From contig CAVUDP010000002.1 of assembly GCA_963740315.1 (NCBI GenBank), positions 480,001 through 544,000 on the forward strand: 64,000 nucleotides of DNA. Reading direction: 5' to 3'. Under the pieces are notes generated by a model, which searched no databases, had not been told where the DNA came from, and saw only the letters and a list, made by a program, of their open reading frames with translations. Numbering within the stretch: the stretch's first letter is position 1; every line of letters starts with the position of its first letter. Shown in pieces: positions 1 to 9,339 of this stretch. The stretch comes from an uncultured cyanobacterium (GTDB taxonomy: Bacteria > Cyanobacteriota > Cyanobacteriia > Cyanobacteriales > Nostocaceae). The translations under genes and the position numbers were made by a program.

Positions 1-88
1 TGGGGGGATGGGGAGACAAGGGGATAAGCAATATATCTCAAGCGAGGAAGATGTATGTCCTTGCGGACACGCTGCGCTAACACACTAC

Positions 89-218
89 TAAGTAGGTAGG
101 CGTAATTAAATGTAAGATGTCATTGCGAGGAACGAAGCAATCCCAGTCACTGCGATTGCTATGTCGTTCCTGCTCGCAATGACCGAGCGTATTATATTTA
201 TTTATACTCACTTACTTA
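89..218. mobile_element. MITE-like element with imperfect TIRs (TAAGTAGGT...ACTTACTTA) enclosing a GTCATTGCGAG...CTCGCAATGAC hairpin
   Basis: Imperfect ~23-bp terminal inverted repeats and internal palindrome at 119-183; related copy at 46315-46469. Confidence 0.6.
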
Positions 219-281
219 ATTGAAATTAAATATTTATTAATTCTAAATCCCCTGCGGCCCTGCGGCCCAATTCCCATTCTT

Positions 282-1004
282 CTAAATTGTATCTGGATCG
301 ATGTTTAATTCTCGCAATTTAGCGGCTAATCTTTCGGCTTTTTGTTGAGCAATTTCTTTTTGTTGACGTTCATATTCTTTCTGTTGACGTTCGGAATCTG
401 CTTGTTCTTCGGGTGTAGGAACTAACTCACCATTTGCGGTAAAAAATCTTAATAATCCTTGATGAATACCAAGATATAACTCTAACTGCTGACTCCATAA
501 ATGTCCTCGATCGCTAGGTTCTATTGGTTGATATTCACCATCTACTAAATGAAATCCAGCAAACTCTAAAGTATAAGGATCGAACCAAAAATAATCGAGT
601 GTGCGAAAGGTGTTTTGATAAAGTTTCTTCTTTAGTTCTCTATCAACTTTAGCAGTTGAATCGGAGAGAATTTCTAAGATCAAATTGGGATATTTACCAT
701 CTTCATCCCACACAACCCAACTTTTACGGGTTTTGCGATCGGTGTCTAATACGACAAAGAAATCGGGACCGCGGAAATCTTCATTTCTACGCTGATTTTG
801 ACTGTAATAAATTGTTAAATTAGCAGCAGCATAAAAATCATTTTTATCTCGCCATAGCCATTCGAGACAATTTAAAAGTAAAATAATTTGCCGTAAATGC
901 AGTTCGCTTTCCAAGGGAGGTTCATCGCTGTATAGATCGCTTGGAAGAACAATAACATTTTGCTTTACATCTTGGGTAGTCTCTAATTCTTTAGCTAGGG
1001 ACAT
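282..1004 (-). CDS. Uma2 (DUF820) family putative endonuclease with C-terminal coiled coil
   Basis: ESELH, GPDFFVV, ILEILSDST motifs; typical LAAKLRELNIDPD tail. Confidence 0.92.
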   Translation of the reverse strand: MSLAKELETTQDVKQNVIVLPSDLYSDEPPLESELHLRQIILLLNCLEWLWRDKNDFYAAANLTIYYSQNQRRNEDFRGPDFFVVLDTDRKTRKSWVVWDEDGKYPNLILEILSDSTAKVDRELKKKLYQNTFRTLDYFWFDPYTLEFAGFHLVDGEYQPIEPSDRGHLWSQQLELYLGIHQGLLRFFTANGELVPTPEEQADSERQQKEYERQQKEIAQQKAERLAAKLRELNIDPDTI

Positions 1005-1146
1005 GGTTGGGAGTAGGGTTTTGCGAGCTTATAGTTTTATTTTACAGTTAACATTTAGCGATCGCATTCAACGTGAAACTATAATCTCGCTGTAGTCAAA
1101 AAGAAAACCCAATTACAATTAAGCTAGCCGTCAGCTAATTAATGTC

Positions 1147-1722
1147 ATGGTACTTCAATTCAAACAACTAACCCTCGAAGAGTTCTTAAATCTTCCTCCC
1201 GGTGAAGGAGATATTACCTACGAACTCGTTGACGGACAAGCAATTCCTAAAATGTCACCAAAAAAATTTCATTCAACACTTACCCGTTCCTTTCTTTTTT
1301 TAATCTATGGATGGTGTGAAGAGAAAGGAGAAGTATGTCCGGAATGGTCAATTAGATTAACTCGTAATGAGCGTAATTGGGTACCGACACCGGACTTACT
1401 ATACATTTCTTATGAACGTTTACCAGAAAGTTGGAACGAGAATGAAGCTTGTCCGATTCCACCAGATTTAGCAATTGAAATTATCTCACCCGGACAAACT
1501 TTTGGTGAAATGGCTCTTAAAGCGCAAGATTATTTGATTGCTGGTGTATTGCGGGTTTGGGTAGTAGATAGTAAAGCCAGAAGTATCACGGTTTTTTATC
1601 CAGATGCAGCACCGAAAACTTATATGGGTGAACAGGTAATTACCGATTCTTTGTTTGAAGGTTTGCAATTCACCGTTGAAGCAGTGTTTCGACTCGCGAA
1701 AATTCCAGCAAAAAATGATTAA
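1147..1722 (+). CDS. Uma2 (DUF820) family putative endonuclease
   Basis: YELVDG, PTPDLLYI, PDLAIEIISP, GVLRVWVVD motifs. Confidence 0.92.
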   Translation: MVLQFKQLTLEEFLNLPPGEGDITYELVDGQAIPKMSPKKFHSTLTRSFLFLIYGWCEEKGEVCPEWSIRLTRNERNWVPTPDLLYISYERLPESWNENEACPIPPDLAIEIISPGQTFGEMALKAQDYLIAGVLRVWVVDSKARSITVFYPDAAPKTYMGEQVITDSLFEGLQFTVEAVFRLAKIPAKND

Positions 1723-1780
1723 CAAAAACCGCTATATTTGTACCTCTACGTTACATATCTCAACAAGTCTGTTCCAAGCT

Positions 1781-2529
1781 GTCATTGCGAGCCAAGCGAA
1801 GCAATCACCGAAGGTGCGGTTCATCGCAAAGTGCTGGGATTGCTTCGTTCCACTCCCTTCCACTCGCAATGACAATGTATAACTATAAGACTTACGCAAA
1901 AGTAACGTAATTCCGTCAGAGCCAAGCGAAGCAATCACCGAAGGTGCGGTTCATCACAAAGTGCTGGGATTGCTTCGTTCCACTTTGTTCGACTCGCAAT
2001 GACAATGTATAACTAATAAGACTTACGCAAAAGTAACGTAATTCCGTCAGAGCAAAGCGAAGCAATCACCGAAGGTGCGGTTCATCACAAAGTGCTGGGA
2101 TTGCTTCGTTCCACTCCGTTCCACTCGCAATGACAATGTATAACTAATAAGACTTACGCAAAAGTAACGTAATTCCGTCAGAGCCAAGCGAAGCAATCAC
2201 CGAAGGTGCGGTTCATCACAAAGTGCTGGGATTGCTTCGTTCCACTTTGTTCGACTCGCAATGACAATGTATAACTAATAAGACTTACGCAAAAGTAACG
2301 TAATTCCGTCAGAGCAAAGCGAAGCAATCACCGAAGGTGCGGTTCATCGCAAAGTGCTGGGATTGCTTCGTTCCACTCCGTTCCACTCGCAATGACAATG
2401 TATAACTATAAGACTTACGCAAAAGTAACGTAATTCCGTCAGAGCCAAGCGAAGCAATCACCGAAGGTGCGGTTCATCGCAAAGTGCTGGGATTGCTTCG
2501 TTCCACTCCGTTCCACTCGCAATGACAAT
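1781..2529. repeat. Tandem array of six 130-131 bp near-identical hairpin-containing units
   Basis: GC(C/A)AAGCGAAGCAATC recurs at 1791, 1921, 2052, 2183, 2314 and 2444; each unit has CGAAGCAATC...GATTGCTTCG arms. Confidence 0.95.
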
Positions 2530-2530
2530 T

Positions 2531-2637
2531 TACAGCAGTTTGCAGATCAATGAGGTACAGCCTCTTGTTATAAAACTCTTGTGGGATGGGCATCCCTGCC
2601 CGTCCGAATGTACCTCACTAACTTGAAATATGCTGTA
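2531..2637. mobile_element. ~107-bp MITE-like element (TACAGCA...TGCTGTA ends, internal GGGCATCCCTGCCCG hairpin)
   Basis: Terminal inverted repeats with TA at both ends, inner GAGGTACA/TGTACCTC inverted pair; related copy at 13302-13406. Confidence 0.7.
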
Positions 2638-2640
2638 TAA

Positions 2641-4521
2641 CTAATTAACCGGAGATGATATTACAACTTCAGACGAATTAGGAATCAAAGCGCGATAAGC
2701 TGATAATGCTGCTTGTTTGGTTTCCTCCGCTACGATGGGGAAAGTTGAGAGAATATATCCGAATTCTCCTTCTGTTAATCCGTAAAGATGAGCGATAATT
2801 CCATCAAGTTCGGCTCGGAGTTGAGCGCGATCGCATTCATCGGTAACGCCGTTTTTGTGGGAATTTAATCCAACATCCCGCGCTAATTCGTCAAATTCGG
2901 GTGTGGTGCAGATGAGTTTAGCAGCCCGTTGTACAATTTCGGTGAAATGGCGATCGGTTTTGGTTAAGCGGGGGATGGGTGTTCCATATATAAAAAAGAA
3001 TGAAAGATGATTGGTAATTCTTTGTCTTAAATATGAATCTACAATAAAAGAATTCATGAATGCACAAATAAAAAATCTTTCCGCATTACTTAATATTTTA
3101 TTATTTGGGTTTATGTGTCCATGTTCAACACAAGTATCATAGACTTGCTCAAGCGTTACTGTGTGTGGACAAAAAACATTTGGTGGTAATATCGTCATTA
3201 TCATTGAACGTTCATTCGTACTTGCTGCAACATCTCGGAATGCAAGCCTATAAGATTTATAGTCAAGCGACAAATGTACGGTATCTGGTATTTTTATACC
3301 AAGCTTTTTAGCAATTTTATCTACAGATTTTTTTCGTTTAGATAATAACTCTTTAGCGGCTTCTTTTTCATTTACCCAGTACTTAGGTTTATTCCATTTA
3401 TAAGTAAACTGGTGAAACATCTTACCTTCATATAAAGGGAACATCCCTATTTTTTTTTCTTTATAATAAAGATGACTATCATTTGTCATATCAAATTCAC
3501 GGGTTAACCGCAAATTCCATTTACTATCAATCTTTTCCCCTAACAAAGGAAACTTCAGCATCTTTTGTGCAATACGAATATCAATCTCGTTTTTAAACTC
3601 CATCACTGATAAAGAATCAGGTGAAAGCTTCCGCACCAAATCAACATCAATCCGCAAACTTTCTTGACTAGGAAACCTTTGCAACTCATTTACATCAAGC
3701 CGCATAAAAGCCGATGGAAATTCTGTAGTTGTGCCGTTTTTCTCAAATGTGAGGACAACTATTTTAAAACTACGATGAACACCTTCAAAAACTTCTTTAC
3801 GATTTTCCAGACAAAATAAACCAGTTACCTTTGTTTGACTAAACAACATTTCTCGCAGTTGCTTAGTTCCCAAGTCTGTGTAAATACCGCTAGGAATTAC
3901 AATTCCGCATTCACCCTTATCTTTTAGCAGATGAAAACATCTTTCTAAAAACAACTTGTAGAGATTAATATCCGTACCTGCTTTTTTACCGTTAACAATA
4001 GAAATCTGATTTTTATAATCTTCCGATGAACGATAATAAGCACTGACATAAGGATATTGACTTTGATATTTTAACCAAGCTTCTGCAATTTCAGGATTTG
4101 CTAACAGTTTTTGCTGTTGTTTTTCAAAAGTCTTGATATCCATCTTATTTTTCGTCACCAAGTCGCTATACTCAGCGAAAAATTCTTTTGCTTGCGGTTT
4201 AAATATCTCCCAGGGGGGATTCGTAATTATTGCGTCTACGCCATTTTTAAGGATTTTATCAAAATGATAACCCCAATGAAACGGCTTTAAAACTTCAATA
4301 TCCTTTGCAGTCAAACCACGCTTTTTAGCTTTCCCGGTTAACTGCTTCTCTTCATATTTAATTTTAAGATTATTAAATTCATCCAACAATAAATCATTTA
4401 ATTTTATTTGCGACTCATGATTAAGCTTCTCAATATCTTTCTTCAAGAATCGACAACCGCGAATCTTGAGAGGTTCCTTGTTCTTCCCCCGATTGAAAAG
4501 CGTGTCTTTTATAAAGTTCAA
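2641..4521 (-). CDS. C-terminal part of a type IIG/Eco57I-like N6-adenine DNA methyltransferase (catalytic motif IV and target recognition domain); continues 4430..6328 across a frameshift
   Basis: PFHWGYHF, AIITNPPW, DINLYKLFLER, FIYGTPIP; overlaps the upstream ORF in the +1 frame. Confidence 0.88.
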   Translation of the reverse strand: MNFIKDTLFNRGKNKEPLKIRGCRFLKKDIEKLNHESQIKLNDLLLDEFNNLKIKYEEKQLTGKAKKRGLTAKDIEVLKPFHWGYHFDKILKNGVDAIITNPPWEIFKPQAKEFFAEYSDLVTKNKMDIKTFEKQQQKLLANPEIAEAWLKYQSQYPYVSAYYRSSEDYKNQISIVNGKKAGTDINLYKLFLERCFHLLKDKGECGIVIPSGIYTDLGTKQLREMLFSQTKVTGLFCLENRKEVFEGVHRSFKIVVLTFEKNGTTTEFPSAFMRLDVNELQRFPSQESLRIDVDLVRKLSPDSLSVMEFKNEIDIRIAQKMLKFPLLGEKIDSKWNLRLTREFDMTNDSHLYYKEKKIGMFPLYEGKMFHQFTYKWNKPKYWVNEKEAAKELLSKRKKSVDKIAKKLGIKIPDTVHLSLDYKSYRLAFRDVAASTNERSMIMTILPPNVFCPHTVTLEQVYDTCVEHGHINPNNKILSNAERFFICAFMNSFIVDSYLRQRITNHLSFFFIYGTPIPRLTKTDRHFTEIVQRAAKLICTTPEFDELARDVGLNSHKNGVTDECDRAQLRAELDGIIAHLYGLTEGEFGYILSTFPIVAEETKQAALSAYRALIPNSSEVVISSPVN

Positions 4522-6328
4522 TCGATTGATTTTTCTCGTCTAATATCTTTTTATAATTAGCTGCTTTTAAAGGCTGTAATAAATTCCCTTGCTTAGATTT
4601 TCCCACATTATCAAAAGCTGTTTCATCAACTTTAATCAACCCAATCAGCGAATTACCCGCCATAATATTAAAATCAATATTGGGTAAAGGTTCCAACTCA
4701 TCGACATTATCAACAGAAGCAACCAAAGCTAAAAACAACCGCAACTTTGCAATTTCCGTCGCTTCCTCCATGATGTCTACACCATAAAGGTTATCGGTAA
4801 CGATGCGCTTTTTAATAAAATACGATAAGGATTTATGCTTGGTTTCTATCTCTTTCAACCATTTCTTTGTTCTCGCATCACCCTGCAATTTAATCGTGCC
4901 AATTACAGCACTATAAACAGAAATTAAAGTCTTTAAAGCCGCAACCAGGAAAGCGCCCGAACCGCAAGCTGGGTCAAGAATTGAGAGGTTCGGAATAATC
5001 TCTTCCACCAGCAAACGACAGACTTTTCCATCCAGCTTAATTAGTAGATCGTTGATGTCTTCAAATGCTTGATAATTATCAAGAGTTGCGTTAAGCCCCC
5101 CTTGTTTAAGGGGGGTTGGGGGGATCTGAGTATCTACACTACATTTTCCGTTGTCGCTGCTTAAATCCCTCATGTGAGATAGCGCCGCATTGACTCTATC
5201 TACAATCAGTTTATGGATAGTGCGATCGCAAAGATATTCGGTGATCTGAGGGCGTGTATAGTAGGCTCCGAAAGCTTTTTGGTTAATATATTTCTCAAAT
5301 ATGTACCCTAAAACGTCCGGGTTAATCTCATCGTCTTTCCCTTCTGGAGTATCATCCAAGTTCCAAGAATAACGCGCAAATAAATCCAAAACTTTTTTAA
5401 AAGCCTCGTCAGCGATGGAAATATCATAGTTTTGCTCGATGCGGTGTTTGAGGAATAATCCCCCGTTGAGATATTTAATCTTTCCGACAAGAGACTCTAC
5501 AGATTTATCGCGATCGATCTCAGGTTTGGCAAAACTTTCAAAAAACAAAGCCTGGAGAAATTCTCTGTAAAAAAGATTCTCCCCTCGTTGCTGACTATTT
5601 TCTAATTTATTATGCAGGTAGTTAGTATCTCTATTATCGATAAAACCCTTACGCTGAAGGAAATACACGAACATCAAACGGTTCAAAATTACCGAGGTGT
5701 ACCAACGCTTATCCGTTTGATTGTCAATCCCTTTAACGTACCCCAAAAATTCCTGATGTTGCTCTTGGAATTCCTTGTAAAACTTCTTGGTAACTTTTTC
5801 GACATCAAAAGCAGCCTGTAATCGATGCGCTATTTCGACAACCGATATATCATTTTCTAACTCGGTAATGTCGATTACCAAAGAACCCAACTTGCTTAAA
5901 AACAAGTCTCCCGGTTGTCCTTTTACATACAAATGATCGCGAATTTGAGAGACATTACATTCACGCTTCACCCAATACCAAAGACTGCGAGTGCGTTTTT
6001 TATCGATAAAAATCAGTAAATTCTCTGCAAATAAACCGCTAACTTCTTTGTGAATTGCAGCACGAATTTTTGCGTCGGGAATCTCCCCAGACTCGGTAGT
6101 TACTTCAAATACAGCAACCCCAGAAGATTCTGCAATAGATTTTATGTCGAAAGACGTTATGTGGGAAGACGTTATGTGGGAAGACGTTATGTATAACGTC
6201 TCTACATTTTTAATTTTCAACGAAAACGGCTTTTGTGTCGGATTATCCCAACCCAATTGTTCTATAAATAAATCTTGGAATTGAAATTCGTAGAGTAAAT
6301 CCCGCGTGCGTTGAAAATTGAGTGTCAT
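4430..6328 (-). CDS. N-terminal part of a type IIG/Eco57I-like DNA methyltransferase (SAM-binding motif I); frameshifted near 4453
   Basis: YLNGGLF, LGYIFEKY, GAYYT, ILDPACGSGAFL, LYGVDI, LPNIDFNIMAGNSLIG. Confidence 0.88.
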   Translation of the reverse strand: MTLNFQRTRDLLYEFQFQDLFIEQLGWDNPTQKPFSLKIKNVETLYITSSHITSSHITSFDIKSIAESSGVAVFEVTTESGEIPDAKIRAAIHKEVSGLFAENLLIFIDKKRTRSLWYWVKRECNVSQIRDHLYVKGQPGDLFLSKLGSLVIDITELENDISVVEIAHRLQAAFDVEKVTKKFYKEFQEQHQEFLGYVKGIDNQTDKRWYTSVILNRLMFVYFLQRKGFIDNRDTNYLHNKLENSQQRGENLFYREFLQALFFESFAKPEIDRDKSVESLVGKIKYLNGGLFLKHRIEQNYDISIADEAFKKVLDLFARYSWNLDDTPEGKDDEINPDVLGYIFEKYINQKAFGAYYTRPQITEYLCDRTIHKLIVDRVNAALSHMRDLSSDNGKCSVDTQIPPTPLKQGGLNATLDNYQAFEDINDLLIKLDGKVCRLLVEEIIPNLSILDPACGSGAFLVAALKTLISVYSAVIGTIKLQGDARTKKWLKEIETKHKSLSYFIKKRIVTDNLYGVDIMEEATEIAKLRLFLALVASVDNVDELEPLPNIDFNIMAGNSLIGLIKVDETAFDNVGKSKQGNLLQPLKAANYKKILDEKNQSIELYKRHAFQSGEEQGTSQDSRLSILEERY

Positions 6329-6784
6329 GATATACTACCCTGTGAGAGAATAATAGAATTTTGTATAGGAACGAGCATCAAAAATTTGCCCATAGATCGA
6401 AATCTTGGAGCCATAACCCTTGATAAGGGCTTTAATAATAGATATGCAATAATACTGTTTCTGTGATAACTCTTACGACGGCAGAAACGGTACAGTGCGA
6501 TTACTTACGCTTAAATACGTTTGTATAAAAGCATATACTGATAGTGTTAGAAAACTTCCGGATAAAATTTGGCTGTATAAAAAAGCTTTGTTAATTTAAT
6601 GCCAGCAGAAAAGACAGATAAAGCCTCAAATGCTTGTCTGGCATGGTTTTAGCTAACTATGGGTAATTACTTAGATAAATCGCGCTATGTTAAAGAAAGC
6701 TTCAGTGTTATTTGAACCAAAAATATAATTATTACAATTTATTGAATTTATTTTAAGTATTTTTGCTAATAGAGTGCGATCGCT

Positions 6785-7215
6785 TTTCTTTTTTCGATGA
6801 AAGAATATAATCTTATTTTCGCCTTGGACGTAACTCAAAAGCTAAATCGAAGCGATAAAAACAGGCATCAAACTCAGCAAAAAAGTTCGTATGTCCGAGT
6901 ATTAAAGGAGCATCTCTAGATTCAGTCCAAGCAAATGCAAGCAAGACGGGTGCAAAATCATTAACAATAGCAGATACTACCAAACCGCGTGCCTCTAAGC
7001 CAGCCAGGTTTCCACTCAATTGGATAATGGTTGTTTGTTCTTCCCAAACAGCACCTAATTGCAAGCCTATATCTAATGGTAGTACATTTACACTTGCACC
7101 TGTATCTAGCAAGCCCATAACTTCCAAAGAACGATTCTGGTAGTTCAGCGTCAGTGGAACGTATGGCATATTAATAGCAACACCCTGGCTGTTTCTTTTT
7201 TCGATGAAAGAATAT
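6785..7215. repeat. Perfect 24-bp direct repeat TTTCTTTTTTCGATGAAAGAATAT at 6785-6808 and 7192-7215
   Basis: Identical 24-mers 407 bp apart, bracketing most of the aspartyl protease gene. Confidence 0.9.
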
Positions 7216-7232
7216 CGCTTACCCTCAAGCAT
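6813..7232 (-). CDS. Retropepsin-like (clan AA) aspartyl protease
   Basis: LLDTGASVNVLP catalytic motif and PLILGHTNFF motif. Confidence 0.85.
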   Translation of the reverse strand: MLEGKRYSFIEKRNSQGVAINMPYVPLTLNYQNRSLEVMGLLDTGASVNVLPLDIGLQLGAVWEEQTTIIQLSGNLAGLEARGLVVSAIVNDFAPVLLAFAWTESRDAPLILGHTNFFAEFDACFYRFDLAFELRPRRK

Positions 7233-7455
7233 TATCTTTTTGTTGTGCTGCTGCTAAAAGTTCGGATAAGGTTTGAGCAGCTTCATGTGCATCATAAGGG
7301 GACCAAACAACTGCTTGTGTAGATGCTAACTGCTCCAAAAGCAACTTTTCTGATTCTTGTTCTAATTCAGCTAATAAACGAGATGCTATCTCGTCTTGCT
7401 TTTCTTGTGGGAGTTTTTCAATTTCTGCAATTGCTTTGCGAAGTAGGTCAGTCAT
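7225..7455 (-). CDS. Small antitoxin-like protein coupled to the protease gene
   Basis: 76-aa helical ORF overlapping the protease start by 8 bp; LPQEKQDEIA and VWSPYDAHEAAQTL motifs resemble cyanobacterial TA-type partners. Confidence 0.6.
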   Translation of the reverse strand: MTDLLRKAIAEIEKLPQEKQDEIASRLLAELEQESEKLLLEQLASTQAVVWSPYDAHEAAQTLSELLAAAQQKDNA

Positions 7456-7531
7456 CTGAAAAGATAATGTGTGTTACAGGTCTTATTGTAATGTTTTCTG
7501 GTACTTAATATTCTGGTCTTATAAAGTATTC

Positions 7532-8098
7532 TTAACTAAAACTCAAGCAATTAAACACATCTTCTACAGATAAATTCCAATCTTTCAATACATCTAATAC
7601 TGGTAAGATATCTTTTCCTTGTTTTATTTCCGGTAATTGATTCGGTTGAAAAATCATGATAGATTCATCATCAGGATCGAGAAACCAACCTAATTTAGTA
7701 CCATTTTGAATCGCAAAGGTGATGTTACGAATAACTCGGTTTGGAGATTGTTTTGGTGAAAGAATTTCAATAATCCAATCTGGCGGAATTTCAAATTGGT
7801 TAAGAATTTTACCTGCTGCATCAAGAGGAATTCTTTGCCATTCAAATACGGCAATATCTGGAACTATTGATTTTCCCGCAAATGTACAGCGTAACTCAGT
7901 AAATGCATAAGCTAACTTTTGTGGTTTAGCTACCTCGTTAATACTAGTAACTAAAAAACTTTGTAAAGTGCTGTGTTCTCCCTGTGGCATTGCTTTTTGG
8001 TAGATTTTACCATCAATATAAACGCTTGCTGGCTTAGTTTCTGGTAGTTTTAAAAATTCTTCTAAACTAAGTGAAGATAACTGAGGTGATAATGTCAT
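7532..8098 (-). CDS. Uma2 (DUF820) family putative endonuclease
   Basis: LPETKPA, MPQGEHS, IVPDIAVF, PDWIIEILSP. Confidence 0.92.
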   Translation of the reverse strand: MTLSPQLSSLSLEEFLKLPETKPASVYIDGKIYQKAMPQGEHSTLQSFLVTSINEVAKPQKLAYAFTELRCTFAGKSIVPDIAVFEWQRIPLDAAGKILNQFEIPPDWIIEILSPKQSPNRVIRNITFAIQNGTKLGWFLDPDDESIMIFQPNQLPEIKQGKDILPVLDVLKDWNLSVEDVFNCLSFS

Positions 8099-8137
8099 TT
8101 ATTTATTACTTTATCCCGATATTAATTTTATTATAAA

Positions 8138-8231
8138 TAGGACTTACGCAACCGCAACGAGTTATTAAGTATCCTAGAGTTTTAGATCCCCCCAACCCCC
8201 CGTATTCTTGGGGGGCTTTGCGTAAGTCCTA
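8138..8231. mobile_element. MITE-like element with 14-bp perfect TIRs TAGGACTTACGCAA/TTGCGTAAGTCCTA, enclosing a GATCCCCCCAACCCCCC...GGGGGGCTT repeat
   Basis: Perfect TIRs visible; the internal motif also occurs at 5093-5126. Confidence 0.75.
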
Positions 8232-8317
8232 ATAAATAAAAAAGAAATGTAAGAGGAAATTTTACAAACAAAGATAATTAAATATTTGGTTGCTGATAGT
8301 GTATTGAGCTAAACCTT

Positions 8318-9334
8318 TCAAAACCCCTCCAACAACTTCGCTACCTGTTCCGGTGCTGGAAGCTGATTTTTTAGTTCTTGAGGTACTGTAGAAACAATTT
8401 GATAAGTTGCTACACCAATAGGTTTATTCGATTCTTTCAAAGCATATTCAACTATGGTTTTATTCTTAGATTTACACAAAATAATTCCAATTGACGAATT
8501 TTCCTCTGGTAATCTTACTTTGTCATCTAGAGCAGCTAAGTAAAACTGCATTTTACCAACATATTCAGGTAAAAACTTACCAATTTTTAAATCTATTGCT
8601 ATTAAGCATTTTAAAAGTCGATGATATAACAAAATATCGATAAAATATTCTTCATCAGCAATTTCTAAGCGATATTGACTACCAACAAAAGCAAACATTC
8701 CACCCATCTCTTGTAAAAATGGTTCGACTTTTGCTAAAATCGCTTGTTCTAACTGCCTTTCGCTATGTTCATCAGCCAATTCCAAAAAATCAAAAGTATA
8801 TTCATCTTTAATAGCAAGTTTGGCTTGGTTTTGAATATCTTCTGAAACTGTTTGCTCAAAGTTGGTTTGATTTAGTAAAGTTTTTTCATAACTTTGGTTT
8901 TCAATTTGATGAATCAAAACATTTTTTGTCCAACCAAATTTTCGAGTTGCACGGATATAAAATTCTCGTTCTAAGCTATCCTTACACTTCTCTATAATTA
9001 CTAAATTATGAGTCCAACCAATTTCTCGCACCATTGGTGCGAGTTTCTCATTACCTTGATAAGTCTCATAAAAAAGCTTCATCCGCCAAAGGTTAGCATT
9101 AGAAAAACCTTGTATCCCAGGGAACTCAGCTTGTAAATCGCGAGAAAGATTTTTCACCACTGATTTTCCCCAAGTTTCACCCTGCTGACGGGTAAAAATT
9201 AATTTTCCAATATCCCAATACAACGCAATTAATTCTTTATTAACTACTTTCAACGCTTCATACTGCGCTGTACGAATACGCTGCTTGATTTCAATCAATA
9301 ATTTTCCGTAAGGGTTTGCACCTAATTCACTCAT
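8318..9334 (-). CDS. DUF1016/YhcG family PD-(D/E)XK nuclease-domain protein
   Basis: LYWDIGK, WGKSVV, KDEYTFDFL, YFIDILLYHR, IDLKIGKFLPEYVGKMQFY, SIGIILCK. Confidence 0.92.
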   Translation of the reverse strand: MSELGANPYGKLLIEIKQRIRTAQYEALKVVNKELIALYWDIGKLIFTRQQGETWGKSVVKNLSRDLQAEFPGIQGFSNANLWRMKLFYETYQGNEKLAPMVREIGWTHNLVIIEKCKDSLEREFYIRATRKFGWTKNVLIHQIENQSYEKTLLNQTNFEQTVSEDIQNQAKLAIKDEYTFDFLELADEHSERQLEQAILAKVEPFLQEMGGMFAFVGSQYRLEIADEEYFIDILLYHRLLKCLIAIDLKIGKFLPEYVGKMQFYLAALDDKVRLPEENSSIGIILCKSKNKTIVEYALKESNKPIGVATYQIVSTVPQELKNQLPAPEQVAKLLEGF

Positions 9335-9339
9335 AATTT

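Noticed and set aside
1486..1938. Short ORFs 1486..1725, 1655..1882 and 1732..1938
   Set aside because: Antisense to Uma2 or read through the repeat array; no protein motifs
1781..2529. Possible CRISPR array
   Set aside because: Units are near-identical over their full 130 bp, with no unique spacers and no cas genes in the window
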